This document shows positions 23,443 to 34,713 of a stretch of 64,000 bases of DNA, in pieces. The stretch's first letter is position 1; the number at the start of each line of letters is the position of its first letter. Both the position numbers and the translations under genes were made by a program. The stretch is from an uncultured Gemmatimonadales bacterium. Its GTDB lineage: Bacteria; Gemmatimonadota; Gemmatimonadetes; Gemmatimonadales; GWC2-71-9. The stretch covers positions 32,001-96,000 of the forward strand of contig CAWHFW010000002.1 in the NCBI GenBank assembly GCA_963828735.1. The letters run 5' to 3'. Below the pieces are notes generated by a model. The model had not been told where the DNA came from, did not search any database, and saw only the letters and a list, made by a program, of their open reading frames with translations.

Positions 23443-24621
23443 TCAGGATGCCCTCAGCACGACCCCGATGACGCCGGCGCCGAGGATCACGAGGGGCTCG
23501 GGCAACCGGCGGAAGCGCCAGAGCAGGAACAGGGTTGCTACCGCAATGCCCCAGGTCGGCAGGTCCACCAGCGCACGTCGGCCCAGGACTACGACCGCGC
23601 CCGCGATGGCTCCCGTCGCCGCCGCGGTAACGCCATTGACCGCCGCGCGGAGGCGCCGGTTGCCGGTGATCCGATGGAACCACGGAGCGACGGCGACGAC
23701 GGCGAGGTATGTGGGCAGGAACATGCCGATCGCCGCGGCGATCCCGCCCAATGGTCCGGCCACGAGATAGCCGATGAACGCGACCGTGATGACCACAGGT
23801 CCGGGAGTAATCATGGAAACGGCGACAGCGTCGAGAAACTGCCGCTCCGTCAGCCAGCCGAAATCCCGAACCACGCCCCCGTGCAGGAACGGCACCACGG
23901 CGAGGCCACTGCCGAAGACAACCATGGCCGCCTTGGCGAAGAAGCCGACGATCCGGGCCAGCGTGCCCGTCGACGCGGGGCCATCCAGGCCGGTCACGAG
24001 CCACCACGGGACCAGCGCGGCCGCGACCGCTCCGGGACCCGACCCGCGCTCTCGCCAGAGCTCGACCAGCCACCCGGCGAGCCCGCTCGCGGCGAACACC
24101 CAGAGGATTTCGGCCTCGGCCCAGGCAACCAGCGCGAAGTTGACGGCGACGATGAGCCACAGGACAGCATCCCGGCCCACGGTGCCCTGGAGCAGCTTGA
24201 GGGCGCTGCGCGCCACGATCGCGATGACCGCCGCGCCGATTCCGTAGAAGACGCCTTGCATCCAGGCGAGCCCGCCGAAACGGAGGTAGCAGGCCGAGAG
24301 CAGCAGCACCATGAGAAAGGAGGGCCCGACGAACGCCAGGCCGGCGATGGTGGCCCCCCACGCACCTTGGCGAGCCCAGCCGATGTACATGGCGAGCTGC
24401 GCGGCCAGCGGGCCAGGCGCGAGTTGGGCGAGGGCAAGCCCCTGCCTGTACTCCTCGGTGGTAACCCACGCACGCGTGTCGACGAGATCGCGATGCATGG
24501 CCGCGGTGAGGGCGATGGGCCCGCCGAATCCGAATGTGCCGAGACGAATGAAGTAGCGGGCGAGGTCGCCGGAGGTCACCCGAACGGAGCCGGAGGACGC
24601 CGTCGGAGCCGGGAGGGTCAT
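23443..24621 (-). CDS. chrA: Chromate efflux transporter (long-chain CHR)
   Basis: GTFGFGG, AQLAPGP; second half VVFGSG, SMITPGP. Confidence 0.92.
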   Translation of the reverse strand: MTLPAPTASSGSVRVTSGDLARYFIRLGTFGFGGPIALTAAMHRDLVDTRAWVTTEEYRQGLALAQLAPGPLAAQLAMYIGWARQGAWGATIAGLAFVGPSFLMVLLLSACYLRFGGLAWMQGVFYGIGAAVIAIVARSALKLLQGTVGRDAVLWLIVAVNFALVAWAEAEILWVFAASGLAGWLVELWRERGSGPGAVAAALVPWWLVTGLDGPASTGTLARIVGFFAKAAMVVFGSGLAVVPFLHGGVVRDFGWLTERQFLDAVAVSMITPGPVVITVAFIGYLVAGPLGGIAAAIGMFLPTYLAVVAVAPWFHRITGNRRLRAAVNGVTAAATGAIAGAVVVLGRRALVDLPTWGIAVATLFLLWRFRRLPEPLVILGAGVIGVVLRAS

Positions 24622-25241
24622 CGATGGTTCCTCGGCGCGAGCGCATCAGCCATGGCGCGGAGCGCGCGTCCCCGATGGCTCACGGCGTCCTTCTCCTCGG
24701 GCGTGGCCTCGGCGAACGTGCGCCCGAGCTCGTCGCTCATGAAGAGCGGGTCGTAGCCGAACCCGCCCTCCCCGCGCGGCGCCTCGAGGATCTGGCCGCC
24801 CGCGAAGCCCTCGAAGACCTCGGGGACCGCCGAGGGCTCCCGCAGCAGCACCAGCACGCAGCGATAGCGCGCGCGCCGCCGGGTCTCGGTGGCCCCGCGC
24901 AGCCGCCGAAGGAGCTCGGCATTGTTGGCCGCGTCCACCGTGTCCGGTCCGCCCGAGGCCCCGGCGAAGCGCCGCGACCGGACGCCTGGTGCGCCGCCGA
25001 GGGAAAAGACCTCAAGCCCGGAGTCGTCGGCGAACGTAGCGAGGCCGGTCAGGCGTCCGAAGTGCTCCGCCTTCCGCCGCGCGTTGCCCTCGAACGATTC
25101 GGCCACCTCGAGCGTGGCCTCGGTCTCGGTCTCCCAGAGGCCCAGATCGTCGGGGAATACGACCTCAAACCCCACGGCCTCGAGGATCCGGCGAATCTCG
25201 CGCTGTTTCCCGCCGCTTCTCGTGGCCGCGAGAAGTTTCAC
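24618..25241 (-). CDS. rdgB: Non-canonical purine NTP pyrophosphatase (Ham1/RdgB)
   Basis: [29 protein letters not shown]. Confidence 0.93.
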   Translation of the reverse strand: MKLLAATRSGGKQREIRRILEAVGFEVVFPDDLGLWETETEATLEVAESFEGNARRKAEHFGRLTGLATFADDSGLEVFSLGGAPGVRSRRFAGASGGPDTVDAANNAELLRRLRGATETRRRARYRCVLVLLREPSAVPEVFEGFAGGQILEAPRGEGGFGYDPLFMSDELGRTFAEATPEEKDAVSHRGRALRAMADALAPRNHR

Positions 25242-25948
25242 CAGCCCAGGACCGTCCGCTGCGCGCGAAAGAGCTCGTCGATGCCCTTCCCCGCGAGATC
25301 GAGGAGCACGTCGAGCTGGGCGCGCGAGAAGGTGTCGTGCTCGCCGGTGCCTTGTACCTCCACGAAGCGATCCGGCTCCAGCATGACGACGTTCGAATCC
25401 ACGTGCGCGTCCCGGTCCTCGAGGTACGCGAGGTCGAGCCGCTCCTCACCCTCGACCACTCCCACCGACACGGCGGCCACCAGGCGGCCGAACGGCGACG
25501 GCACGCCGGTGCGCTCGGCGAGCCAGGCGCACGCGTCGGCCAGCGCGACGCAGCCGCCGGTGATGCTCGCCGTGCGGGTCCCACCGTCGGCCTGGAGCAC
25601 ATCGCAGTCGATGCGGATGGTGTGCTCGCCGAAGGCCATGGTCTTCATGGCCGCTCGCAGGGACCGCCCGATGAGCCGCTGAATCTCCTGGGTGCGGCCG
25701 CCCGGGCCGTTTCGCTCGCGCGAGGTGCGCTCGAGCGTGGCTCGCGGCAGCATGGCGTATTCCGCGGTGACCCAACCCTCACCGCTGCCTTTCTTGAAGC
25801 CGGGCACGCCGGCTTCGACCGACGCCGTGCAGTGCACCAGCGTCCCGCCCATGCGGATCAGACAGGAGCCCTCGGCATACGGATTGGCGCGCCGCTCGAG
25901 GACGAGGGGACGCAGCTGATCGTTGGCGCGGCCATCAGGACGGGGCAC
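25238..25948 (-). CDS. rph: Ribonuclease PH
   Basis: [49 protein letters not shown]. Confidence 0.96.
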   Translation of the reverse strand: MPRPDGRANDQLRPLVLERRANPYAEGSCLIRMGGTLVHCTASVEAGVPGFKKGSGEGWVTAEYAMLPRATLERTSRERNGPGGRTQEIQRLIGRSLRAAMKTMAFGEHTIRIDCDVLQADGGTRTASITGGCVALADACAWLAERTGVPSPFGRLVAAVSVGVVEGEERLDLAYLEDRDAHVDSNVVMLEPDRFVEVQGTGEHDTFSRAQLDVLLDLAGKGIDELFRAQRTVLGW

Positions 25949-26417
25949 GGAGACGCTCCAGGAGGCTAGTGGTGGAAAACCCGGGGACGACCGGCACACG
26001 CACCACGCGACCGCCCCGGGCCTCGACCCAGTCGGCGCCCACGATACGGTCGCGCGGGTAGTCGGCCCCTTTCACCAGGACATCCGGCTCGAGCGTCCGG
26101 ATCAGCTCGAGCGGCGTGTCCTCGTCGAAGAGCACGACGCAGTCCACCGCGCCCAGACCGGCCAGGAGCCGGGCGCGCGACCGCTCGTCCACGACGGGAC
26201 GCTCCGAGCCCTTCCCCAGGCGGCGGACAGACGCATCGGTGTTGACGCCCACCACCAAGGCGTCGCCCTCGCGGCGGGCCGCCTCGAGCAGCTCGACATG
26301 TCCCGGGTGCAGCAGGTCGAATACGCCGTTCGTGAAGACGACGCGCCCCTCTTGCCCGGCGCGCCAACCGAGGGCCCCGGCGAGCGTGCGAACCTTGGCC
26401 GCGCTGCCCGCCGTCAC
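25935..26417 (-). CDS. rfaE2: D-glycero-beta-D-manno-heptose 1-phosphate adenylyltransferase (RfaE domain II)
   Basis: [29 protein letters not shown]. Confidence 0.9.
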   Translation of the reverse strand: MTAGSAAKVRTLAGALGWRAGQEGRVVFTNGVFDLLHPGHVELLEAARREGDALVVGVNTDASVRRLGKGSERPVVDERSRARLLAGLGAVDCVVLFDEDTPLELIRTLEPDVLVKGADYPRDRIVGADWVEARGGRVVRVPVVPGFSTTSLLERLRAPS

Positions 26418-27619
26418 GGCTCGGGGCCCGGAGCGGCCCCGAACACGGCCTTGAGGGCTGGCGGGGCCACGAACGTCGTGGCCATGACCATCAGCAGCAC
26501 GGCGCCGAACACCTCTTCGCTCAGCACACCCGAGCGTCGACCGATGTCGGCGAAGATGAGCCCGACCTCGCCGCGCGGCACCATGCCCACCCCCACCACC
26601 AGGCGCCGCATGCGCGCCCAGGGTGCCGCCCATCCCGCCGCCACCTTGCCGACGATGCCGATCGCGATCAGCGCGGCAGCGACGGCCAGCGTCCCACGGG
26701 CGCCCGGCGACGTCGGGTCGAGCAGCCGCAAATTCACCGAGGCGCCTACGCTCACGAAGAAGATGGGCGTGAAGATCGCCGCCACCGGCCGGACTTCATG
26801 CTCGATGGTATCGAACTGGTTGGTTCCCGAGAGGATCAGGCCCGCGGCGAAGGCCCCGATGATGAGCGCAGAGCCCGCGATCGATGCCAGCGCGGCGAGG
26901 GCCAGCGCGAAGGACACCGCGAACACCAGGAGGACGTAGCGCACCCGCATTCGATCGACGAGATCGAAGAGCCGCGGCGCGAGGAAGCGTCCGAGGAGGA
27001 CGGCGACGACCATGAGCCCGACCGCCACCGCGAGCGTGGTTCCGGCACCGACGACGGTCACGGACGTGCCGGCGACGACGCCGGTCACGACGCTGAGGAT
27101 GACGAGGCCGAGCACGTCGTCGATGACCGCGGCGCCGATGATGACGCGCGCCTCCTGCGTGCTCATCCGGCCGAGGTCGCCCAGGACGCGCGCGGTAATG
27201 CCGACCGAGGTCGCGGTGAGCGTGGCGCCGACGAAGATGGCGGCCGTGGTGAGATCGCCCGCGCCGCTCGCGGGATGCGGCGCGTAGGCCCAGTACGCAT
27301 AGCCCAGCCCGAACGGCAACACGACGCCTACGACCGCGACGGCCAGGGATGCGGGACCGACCCGGAACAGCTCCCGGAGGTCCGTCTCGAGCCCGATCTC
27401 GAACAGCAGAAGCAGCACGCCGAGCTCGGCGAGGAAATGCACCAGGTCGCCGGCCACGCCGTCATGCGGCACGATCCCCATCCCGCTGCCACCCAGGAGC
27501 ACACCCGCGACCAGCTCGCCGAGGACGGCCGGTTGTCCGATTCGCTCGGCGAGCTCGCCGAGCACTTTGGCGGCAATGAGGATGGCGGCCAGGGCGAGAA
27601 GGAACCCGGCGATGTCCAC
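26414..27619 (-). CDS. CPA2 family cation:proton antiporter (NapA-like)
   Basis: [40 protein letters not shown]. Confidence 0.92.
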   Translation of the reverse strand: MDIAGFLLALAAILIAAKVLGELAERIGQPAVLGELVAGVLLGGSGMGIVPHDGVAGDLVHFLAELGVLLLLFEIGLETDLRELFRVGPASLAVAVVGVVLPFGLGYAYWAYAPHPASGAGDLTTAAIFVGATLTATSVGITARVLGDLGRMSTQEARVIIGAAVIDDVLGLVILSVVTGVVAGTSVTVVGAGTTLAVAVGLMVVAVLLGRFLAPRLFDLVDRMRVRYVLLVFAVSFALALAALASIAGSALIIGAFAAGLILSGTNQFDTIEHEVRPVAAIFTPIFFVSVGASVNLRLLDPTSPGARGTLAVAAALIAIGIVGKVAAGWAAPWARMRRLVVGVGMVPRGEVGLIFADIGRRSGVLSEEVFGAVLLMVMATTFVAPPALKAVFGAAPGPEP

Positions 27620-27620
27620 G

Positions 27621-27977
27621 CTACAACGGCTCCTCGACACGCGGACGGAGCACGAACGTCTTCTTGACCATCGGGAGGTCCACGGTCTCGCGGTATTCCG
27701 TATCGATGGTCACCTGGCGGTTGCCGCGCGTGATCCGGAAGCGGGGCGCGTTCCCGAGGAGCGAATCGGACTGGGCGATCAGCCGGGACTGGATGACGTC
27801 GTCGGTGTTCTGTCCGGCGAAGATTGCCTGCTGCCGCATGTCGTCGAGCAGCTGGTAGTAGCGCCAGTAGACGCCGCCGATGTGAATCCCGTAGTACAGC
27901 GCGGCGAGGAACAGGGCCACGGACAGCAGGCAGCCGAGCGCGCTCGCGCCACGTCGGTCCCAGCGATGGCTCACCAT
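27621..27977 (-). CDS. Hypothetical protein with an N-terminal pilin-like TM segment
   Basis: RRG/ASALGCLL hydrophobic N-terminus; operonic overlap. Confidence 0.6.
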   Translation of the reverse strand: MVSHRWDRRGASALGCLLSVALFLAALYYGIHIGGVYWRYYQLLDDMRQQAIFAGQNTDDVIQSRLIAQSDSLLGNAPRFRITRGNRQVTIDTEYRETVDLPMVKKTFVLRPRVEEPL

Positions 27978-28489
27978 TGGGACTGGGCTCCTTCCACGAT
28001 GTTGGTGACCAGCTTGTCGAGGGCCTTGCTCCGGCCCTGCTGCTCCTGTCCGGGATCGTATTCGCCCTCGACCACCAGGCCATTCCGTTCCCAGAGCGGT
28101 TTGTTCTGCCTCTGGTCCAGGATCTCCACCGACACGGTGATCTGCACCAGCCGGCGGGTGACGCTCACCGAACGGTCCTCCGCGCCGGTGTACTGCACCG
28201 GAAGGTCCGGCTCGTACCGCACGATCGTCCCGCGCACCAGCGCATCCGCCTGCGCCTCGGAGGCCTGCCGCAATCCGAGCCGGCCCTCGAGCGCGTCGCG
28301 TACGCTGCGCGCGACTTCCTGCGTGAGGGTCGGCTCGGCGGTCTGATTGTCGAAGGGGAGGAGTGCCACCGTCTTGATGGACGGCGGGAGACCGCCGCCG
28401 GCGAAACCGTAGAGGCAGCCGCTCAGGCCGGCGGTCGCCAGGAGCAGGAGGAGGCTACGGTTTGCGATTGGTCCAGATCTCAGGCGCAA
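27971..28489 (-). CDS. LptE family LPS-assembly lipoprotein
   Basis: Lipobox LSGC; YGFAGGGLPPSIKTV, FDNQTAEP. Confidence 0.75.
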   Translation of the reverse strand: MRLRSGPIANRSLLLLLATAGLSGCLYGFAGGGLPPSIKTVALLPFDNQTAEPTLTQEVARSVRDALEGRLGLRQASEAQADALVRGTIVRYEPDLPVQYTGAEDRSVSVTRRLVQITVSVEILDQRQNKPLWERNGLVVEGEYDPGQEQQGRSKALDKLVTNIVEGAQSQW

Positions 28490-29162
28490 AGTCGGCCCGT
28501 GCGGTCGAGAGGAATGTGAGATCGAGCTTGGCCGGGACGCTGGGGACGACGAGCTTCGCGCTGAGGGGCACCCCGGTCGTATCGAGCGTCGTCTCGGCTC
28601 GCCCGACCACCTCGCTGCCGTGACGCACTTCGGTCACGAGCTTGACCTGCTTGCCCAGGGTTCGGACATAGCTCACCGTGTCGCCACCGGTGACGTACTG
28701 CCATGCGGTCACCTCAGCGTCGCTCACCCCGCGGAGCTCTTCGCCCTCGGCCGGCAGTCGTGCGATCCCGAACATCGCCCACAAGAGCGGGTAGTTCGGC
28801 ACCAGCTTCTTCACGGCGTCCGGCGGCTCGGCCCAGAGGGGCTGGTCGCCGATCACAGCGGCCGCCGCCGCACCGGAGCCGAACGGGCCCGCGACGTCGA
28901 AGCGAAGCGAATCGGGCGGTGCGACGCGCGCACTGCCCCGGCCGCCCGCGCTCGAGCGTTCGTCCTGGAAGAGCCACTTGAACTTGTGAAGCCGGTGCTC
29001 CTGCGGAACGGTGGCGCCGACCCACTGCCCCACCTGCTCCCGGCTGACCGGCGCGGCACCGGCAGGCACGACGGCGCCGGGCGCGCCATGACAAGCGGCG
29101 AGCGACAGCGCAAGATAGGCCACGCGAGCACCGCGGTCAACGAGAAAGCGTTGCAGCATCAA
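28455..29162 (-). CDS. Hypothetical lipoprotein (possible LolA/LolB-like fold)
   Basis: Lipobox LAAC; beta-rich with PDSLRFDVAGPFG. Confidence 0.6.
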   Translation of the reverse strand: MMLQRFLVDRGARVAYLALSLAACHGAPGAVVPAGAAPVSREQVGQWVGATVPQEHRLHKFKWLFQDERSSAGGRGSARVAPPDSLRFDVAGPFGSGAAAAAVIGDQPLWAEPPDAVKKLVPNYPLLWAMFGIARLPAEGEELRGVSDAEVTAWQYVTGGDTVSYVRTLGKQVKLVTEVRHGSEVVGRAETTLDTTGVPLSAKLVVPSVPAKLDLTFLSTARADFAPEIWTNRKP

Positions 29163-32052
29163 TAGTTATAGCCGAAGAAGAAGCTGACGAAGCCGCGGTC
29201 CCTCTGGTCGGCGCTCAAGCTGTATCCGACAAACCGGTTGTCGCTGAACCGTCGTCCCCAGTCGAGACGGAGCACGCTGAACGGCCCCAACGCCAGGCGG
29301 AAGCTAACCCCGTAGCTGCCCAGGAGCCCACGTTGAGGCGTCGAAGGGGACGTCGCCTTGCCGACATCGGTGAACAGCCCGGCCTGAATCTGCGGCAGAT
29401 CCAGGTCGCCGGCGGGCGTGCCGAGGGTAAGGTGGGTCAGGATCGGGAAGCGAACCTCCTGGTTGAACATGAACGCCTCGGACCCGACGATGTAGCCGAA
29501 CTGCGGGTACCCGCGGAGCCCGATCGTCCCGCCGATGTTGATGCGATGCGGGCGGTCCCCGGCGCTGTAGAAGCCGAAGGCGCGGAGCGCCCACGCGCTC
29601 TGTTTCCCGATTCGGAAATAGTGCCGCCAATCGCCGCTCACGAGATAGCTGTCGAACCGGCTGTTGGTGAAGTCGCTGGAGAGTCCGGCGGTAATGGCGA
29701 GACGCCCGCCGTCGATCGGGCCGCTCGCGAGCCAGAGCGAATTGTCCCGCACGTAGCTCATGTAGTGCGACGCGATCCACCCCACGCGCCGCGGCTCGTC
29801 GACGTCGAGGGTGAAGTCCACCCGATCCGAATGCTCGATGACCGTCGTGCCTTCGATGCGGGTGAAGCGGGTGAGCGGGTAGCGCAACAGCCCGACCACG
29901 CCATACGCCGTCTCGTCGTACGCCACCACGGCGTCGCCCTCGAAGTTCCGGCTCCTCGTCCGGAAGGCCCCGAATCCCCAGTTCACGCGTCGGGACTGGT
30001 TGAGGTAGACCGCGGTGGCGCTGATGTTCGCGAAGATGCTGCCGAGATGGCGGCCCTGGAACGAGGCCAGCGAGCCGAAGAGCATATTGTCGCCCAGCAG
30101 GTCGCTCGCCACGAAGAAGAAGCCCTGCGCGCCGCCGTAGCCCGGGATCACGACCGCGTTGCCCGCCGCGAAGTCGAGCGTGAGCTTCTTCCGGTAGGGC
30201 TCCTTGCGCGCGGCCACGCTGGTGGTCGTGTCCTCGGGCACCTCCCACGCCCATTGCCCCGCCGGCTCGGCTCGCACCGGCGCGAAGCGATCACGCCGCG
30301 CCGACGTGTCCACGGGGATCCGATACACGTTCCAGCTCAGGTCATGGAACCCGCCGACCAGCAGGCCGCCATTCGCGAGCGGCACCGGATCGAACGCGCC
30401 GGTCCACGCCGAGGTCTCGCGGCGCCCCTCACCCAGCGTATCGACGGAGAAGATGTTGAGCACGCCGTCCCGGTCCGAGGCGAAATAGATCCGGTCGTCC
30501 GCGGACCAGATGGGGGACTCGTCCACCCAGGTGCCGGATGGTGAGCTGCGAGACCTGCTTCGTTGCCAGATCGAGCATGAACAGATTGGCCGCGCCGCCC
30601 CGCCCCTCGGCGGTGCGATCGGACGCGAACACCAGGCGGCGGCCGTCGGAGCTCGGGCTGGGATCGAGGTCCTGGTACCGGTCGGCGGTGAGGGCCTCGA
30701 GCTCACCGCCCGGCAGATGCACCCGATACAGGTCGGACACGCCGCGCTCGGACAGGCCGCTCAGGACGATGCTCTGCCCGTCGGGCATCCAGTGCGGCGA
30801 GAGCAGGGAGACGAGCTCGGTGAACTGGTACCGGCCGGCCATGTGCCGTCGCTTGAGGTCCCAGACGATCAGCGCGTCGCGGTCGCCGTAGCGCGCCGTG
30901 AAGAGGAGCAGGCCCGGTCGCGACGCATCCATGCGGGACTCGAAGGGATGGAACGACTCGAGCTCGGCCGAGCGACCGCCGGTCACGATCGCGTGAGACC
31001 GGCCGCCACGGTCGATGGCCTTCTGGTAGATGGAGACGTACCCGCTCGAGGGCGACAGGTACGCGATCTGTCCGGGACTGTCGTCGACGGCGGTGTCCGG
31101 CAGGGCCGTGGCCTTGACCCCCAGGCGGGCGATCTCGGTGCCCAGGACGGTGAGCGGCGCCAAGCTATCCACCGACGGGTAGTACTGGCGGCGCATGGCG
31201 AGCTGAAACTCGTCGTTCAGCTGATCGAGTGTCCGGCCGTAGACGGCCTGGATCGCCGCCTCGAAGCTCTCGTGGCGGTTGAGCTCCTTGTACATGACCG
31301 CGACACGCCAGTCGCCGTAGGTGTCCGCGAGCCACCGGTGGATCTGTCCGCCGATGGGGTAGACGATGGCGCTGGTGACGTAGGTGAGCTGCTTGAGGGG
31401 CGGCAGTCGGCCGCTCAGCGTCAGGTCCCGCATGATCATCTCGTCCCGCGCGTCCTGCCCGGCCGACCAGAGCTCGGCCAGTCCCTCGCTCCACCAGAGC
31501 GGGAACGTGAAGCGAACCGATCGGGGCGACAGGTTGTAGGTCTCGACCAGCATGTCGAGCTGGAAGACGTGCACCATCTCGTGGCGCATCGTGTGGCGGA
31601 ACTCGGCGAAGTTGCCCCGGAACGGGAGCGCCACGCGACGCTTGAGAAAGTCGGTGGCGCCGAGCAGCCCTTCGGGCGGCGTGAACGGCAGGATGTTGGT
31701 CTGCTCGAAGTCGGTGTGCGAGGCGTAGACGATCAGCGGAATGCGGGTCGGCACCGCATGCCCGAACTGGACGCTCAGCGTGTCGTAGCTCGCCTCGGCG
31801 TAGGCCAGCGCGGCGGGCGCGAGGTCGGCCTCGGCCGAGTAGTAGTACAGGTCGACGTGCGGGCCCTTCATGACCCGCCAGTCGAGCTTCCGGTACTGGA
31901 TCTTGTTCTGGCCGAAGGCGAAGAACTGGGCCGCGGCCGGCGGCGGAGCAGAGCGCACCGAGGGAGGTGACGAGCGAGACGAGGAGGAGGAGCCGCCCGC
32001 ATCCGGCGGTCCCGGCCACGTCGTGGAGCGTCCGCGAAGCTGTAACGGCCAT
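29159..32052 (-). CDS. Omp85/BamA-TamA family protein with N-terminal metallopeptidase-like and TolB/PD40 domains; frameshifts near 31950 and 30540
   Basis: Signal peptide then QFFAFGQNKIQY; HEMVH...WWSEGLAE; PD40 repeats (SSDGRRLVFASDR); barrel LRGY, RLDWG, terminal FFGYNY. Confidence 0.8.
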
Positions 32053-32087
32053 CAATGCGTCTCCGTGCTCGTCGTCTCCGACCGCCG

Positions 32088-34148
32088 CTACTTCTTGGAG
32101 ATCGTGCGAATCACATCCCCTGGCGTGATGCGGGTCAGCGCCGCCGTGCCGCTCACCACCTTGCCGAAGACGGTGTAGGTGCCGTCGAGATGGGGCTGCG
32201 CGCTGAGGTTGATGAACCACTGACTTTCGCCGGTGTCCGGTCCCGAGAGCGCCATCCCGATCATCGGGGCGTCGTACCGGTTGCGGTTGATCTCGTCTCG
32301 AATGGCGCCGCCGGGGCCGCCGAAGCCATCGCCGCGAGGATCGCCGTCCTGCACGACGAAGTTGGGCACCACGCGGTGCCAGCGATTCCGGTCGAAGAAA
32401 CGCCGGTCCACCAGCCGCAGAAAGTTGTCCACGGTGAGCGGCGCGTCGGGGCCGAACAGCTCCAGCTCGATCGGCCCACGCCCCTCGGTGTCGATCACGA
32501 CGTGCGGCCTCGCGAGCGAGTCGGGCGCCGTGAGATAGCGGCGCGCGAGATCGCGGTAGTCCTGCAGCGAGCGGCCGGTCGTGATCGGATGCGAGGGCCC
32601 CCAGCGTGCGGCGGCCTCGGGCCACTTCTCCTCGGCCCACCGCCGGATGAGGTAGTCGCCGGGACGGGCCGACCCCTGGAGGAACTCCCGGTCCACGCGA
32701 TTCTGGGCCGCCTCCCCGCTCTGCCGAATCGCCAGGATCGCGTCGAGCGCCGAGAGGGCTGCCTCGGGAAACGAATCATGCCCCGTCGCCTGGTACATCC
32801 GCGTGAGCGCTGGCAGATCGGCCGGGTCGGCGGCGCGCGCGACCGCGTCGGCGGCAACGCTCCGGACCGCCGCGTCCCGGTGCGCGAGGAGCGGTCGCGC
32901 GGCGGCCAGGAGCGCCGCATCCGGTCCCTCGATCCTTTCCGACCACGCCTGGAGCCCGGCTGCAACGACGCGGCCGTCGCGATCGGCGAGGAAGGCCGGC
33001 GACGGGCCGGGCCCGGCGTTCGCCGTTCCCTGCGCGGCGGCGGCGCGGTCCAGCCAGTCGGTGCTCGTTCGCCAGCGGGCTGCCGCCTGCTCGAAGGCCG
33101 CGGAATCCACCCGGGCGAGCGCTACAAGCGCGGCGCGGCGCAGCGCGGCGGCGCTCTTCCCGCTCGCGACGCGCGCCAGGCCCTTGGCCGCCTCCGGGCC
33201 GCCGAGCTCGCCCAGGGCTTCGGCCGCCTGCAGCTGGATGCCCGAGAGCGGGTCGTCGAGCATCGGAACGATCTTCGAGGCGAGGGTCGAGTCCTTGTAG
33301 CTCTCGAGCGATCGGAGCGCGTTGATACGGACCTGCGGGCTCGGATCGTCCGCGGCGCGCAGGAGCAGCGATGCGACCGACGACCGCGCGAGCTTGGTCG
33401 ACGCCACGTAGCTCTGCGTCAGCGTCCGCGCGGCGAGCGACCGGATGTAGGCCTCCGGGTCGTGCAGAACGAGCAGCAGGCGATTCCCCGCTTCGGGCGC
33501 CCGAAGGCGTCCGAGCGAGTAGACCGCGCGGAGCCGCGGACTGGCCAGCGTATCGTCCACGTACGGCAGCAATCCCGTCACCGGGGCATCCGGGCCCAGC
33601 CGCCACGATTCGCCGAGGATCGCGAGGAACGCCGGCGTCCGATCGTCCTGGGAGAGGGTCACTTTGCCTCCCAGCACGCCGCTGAAGAAGTCACCGCTCT
33701 TCGGCCCTCCGATCTTCGCCAGCGCGGTCACGGCCTCGGCCGCGGTGGTGGCATCAAGTCCCGGGAGGCCGGTCAACCGGTCTACCAGGGGCTGAATCGC
33801 GGCCGTGTCCCGGAGCAGGCCCAGGGCGAACGCCGCCGCTACCCGCACCGTGGTGTCGGGATCGGCGAGGAGCGGCACGACGAGCGACGTGGCCCTGACG
33901 TCGCCGATCCGGCCGGCGCCGAGCGCGGCGATCCGCCGGACGAGCGAGTCCGGCGCCACCAGCGCTCGCCGGAACAGGTCGGACTGGAAATCCCGCGCGT
34001 CCTCGGCCGCCAACACGGGAGCGAGCTGCTCGACGACGCTCTGCTCCTGTGCGGCGAGCGGGCGCGCGATCGAGAGGCCGAGGACCAGACCGCACCAAGC
34101 CAGGGCCCGCGGCGCTCGGGGCCCGGGCAACAGATCGCGTCTATGCAC
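32088..34148 (-). CDS. Secreted HEAT-repeat protein with a C-terminal cyclophilin PPIase domain
   Basis: Repeated VRxAAAxALG units; HRVVPNFVVQDGDP, SQWFI, HLDGTYTVFG. Confidence 0.88.
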   Translation of the reverse strand: MHRRDLLPGPRAPRALAWCGLVLGLSIARPLAAQEQSVVEQLAPVLAAEDARDFQSDLFRRALVAPDSLVRRIAALGAGRIGDVRATSLVVPLLADPDTTVRVAAAFALGLLRDTAAIQPLVDRLTGLPGLDATTAAEAVTALAKIGGPKSGDFFSGVLGGKVTLSQDDRTPAFLAILGESWRLGPDAPVTGLLPYVDDTLASPRLRAVYSLGRLRAPEAGNRLLLVLHDPEAYIRSLAARTLTQSYVASTKLARSSVASLLLRAADDPSPQVRINALRSLESYKDSTLASKIVPMLDDPLSGIQLQAAEALGELGGPEAAKGLARVASGKSAAALRRAALVALARVDSAAFEQAAARWRTSTDWLDRAAAAQGTANAGPGPSPAFLADRDGRVVAAGLQAWSERIEGPDAALLAAARPLLAHRDAAVRSVAADAVARAADPADLPALTRMYQATGHDSFPEAALSALDAILAIRQSGEAAQNRVDREFLQGSARPGDYLIRRWAEEKWPEAAARWGPSHPITTGRSLQDYRDLARRYLTAPDSLARPHVVIDTEGRGPIELELFGPDAPLTVDNFLRLVDRRFFDRNRWHRVVPNFVVQDGDPRGDGFGGPGGAIRDEINRNRYDAPMIGMALSGPDTGESQWFINLSAQPHLDGTYTVFGKVVSGTAALTRITPGDVIRTISKK

Positions 34149-34605
34149 TCGGCGTCCCCTGCGTCGCTGAGGTGAGCCCAAGGTTGATCGGGTCCGGGAT
34201 CGGGTGCAGCATGGCTCGAACGTCGCCGGGCAACCGGGCGAGCGCCATCGAGGCGTCCAGCGCGAGCAGCGCCACCGACGCAGTGGCCAGGAGGCGGCCA
34301 TCCTCCGCATGCTCCACGGCATAGCCGAACGTGACCCGCCGCGTGGCGACCTCCCGGACCCAGCAGCGGACGCGGACCAGGTCATCGAAGCGAGCCGGCT
34401 GCCGGTAGCGGATGGCCAGCTCACTCACGGCGAGCCGAAGCCCGGCGGTCTCGAGGTCGCGATAGCTCGCCCCACACCCGCGCAAATGCTCGGTACGGGC
34501 CACGTCCAGCCAAACGAGATACTGTGCGTGATAGGCGACGCCCATCTGGTCGGTCTCGGAGTAGTTCACCCGGACCAGGGTTTCGGAGACGGTCGGAGCC
34601 GTCAT
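34141..34605 (-). CDS. Acyl-CoA thioesterase (YbgC/4HBT family)
   Basis: VNYSETDQMGVAYHAQY, PARFDD. Confidence 0.88.
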   Translation of the reverse strand: MTAPTVSETLVRVNYSETDQMGVAYHAQYLVWLDVARTEHLRGCGASYRDLETAGLRLAVSELAIRYRQPARFDDLVRVRCWVREVATRRVTFGYAVEHAEDGRLLATASVALLALDASMALARLPGDVRAMLHPIPDPINLGLTSATQGTPSA

Positions 34606-34713
34606 GCCGGCCTCTCGGGGTTGGTGACGCTCGGCGGGCGGGGGACTGACACGCCGGCCGCCGGATGTGGGGCTCGGTTGCCTCGCCGTGCGGAGGGGTC
34701 CATCTTTGGCGCC

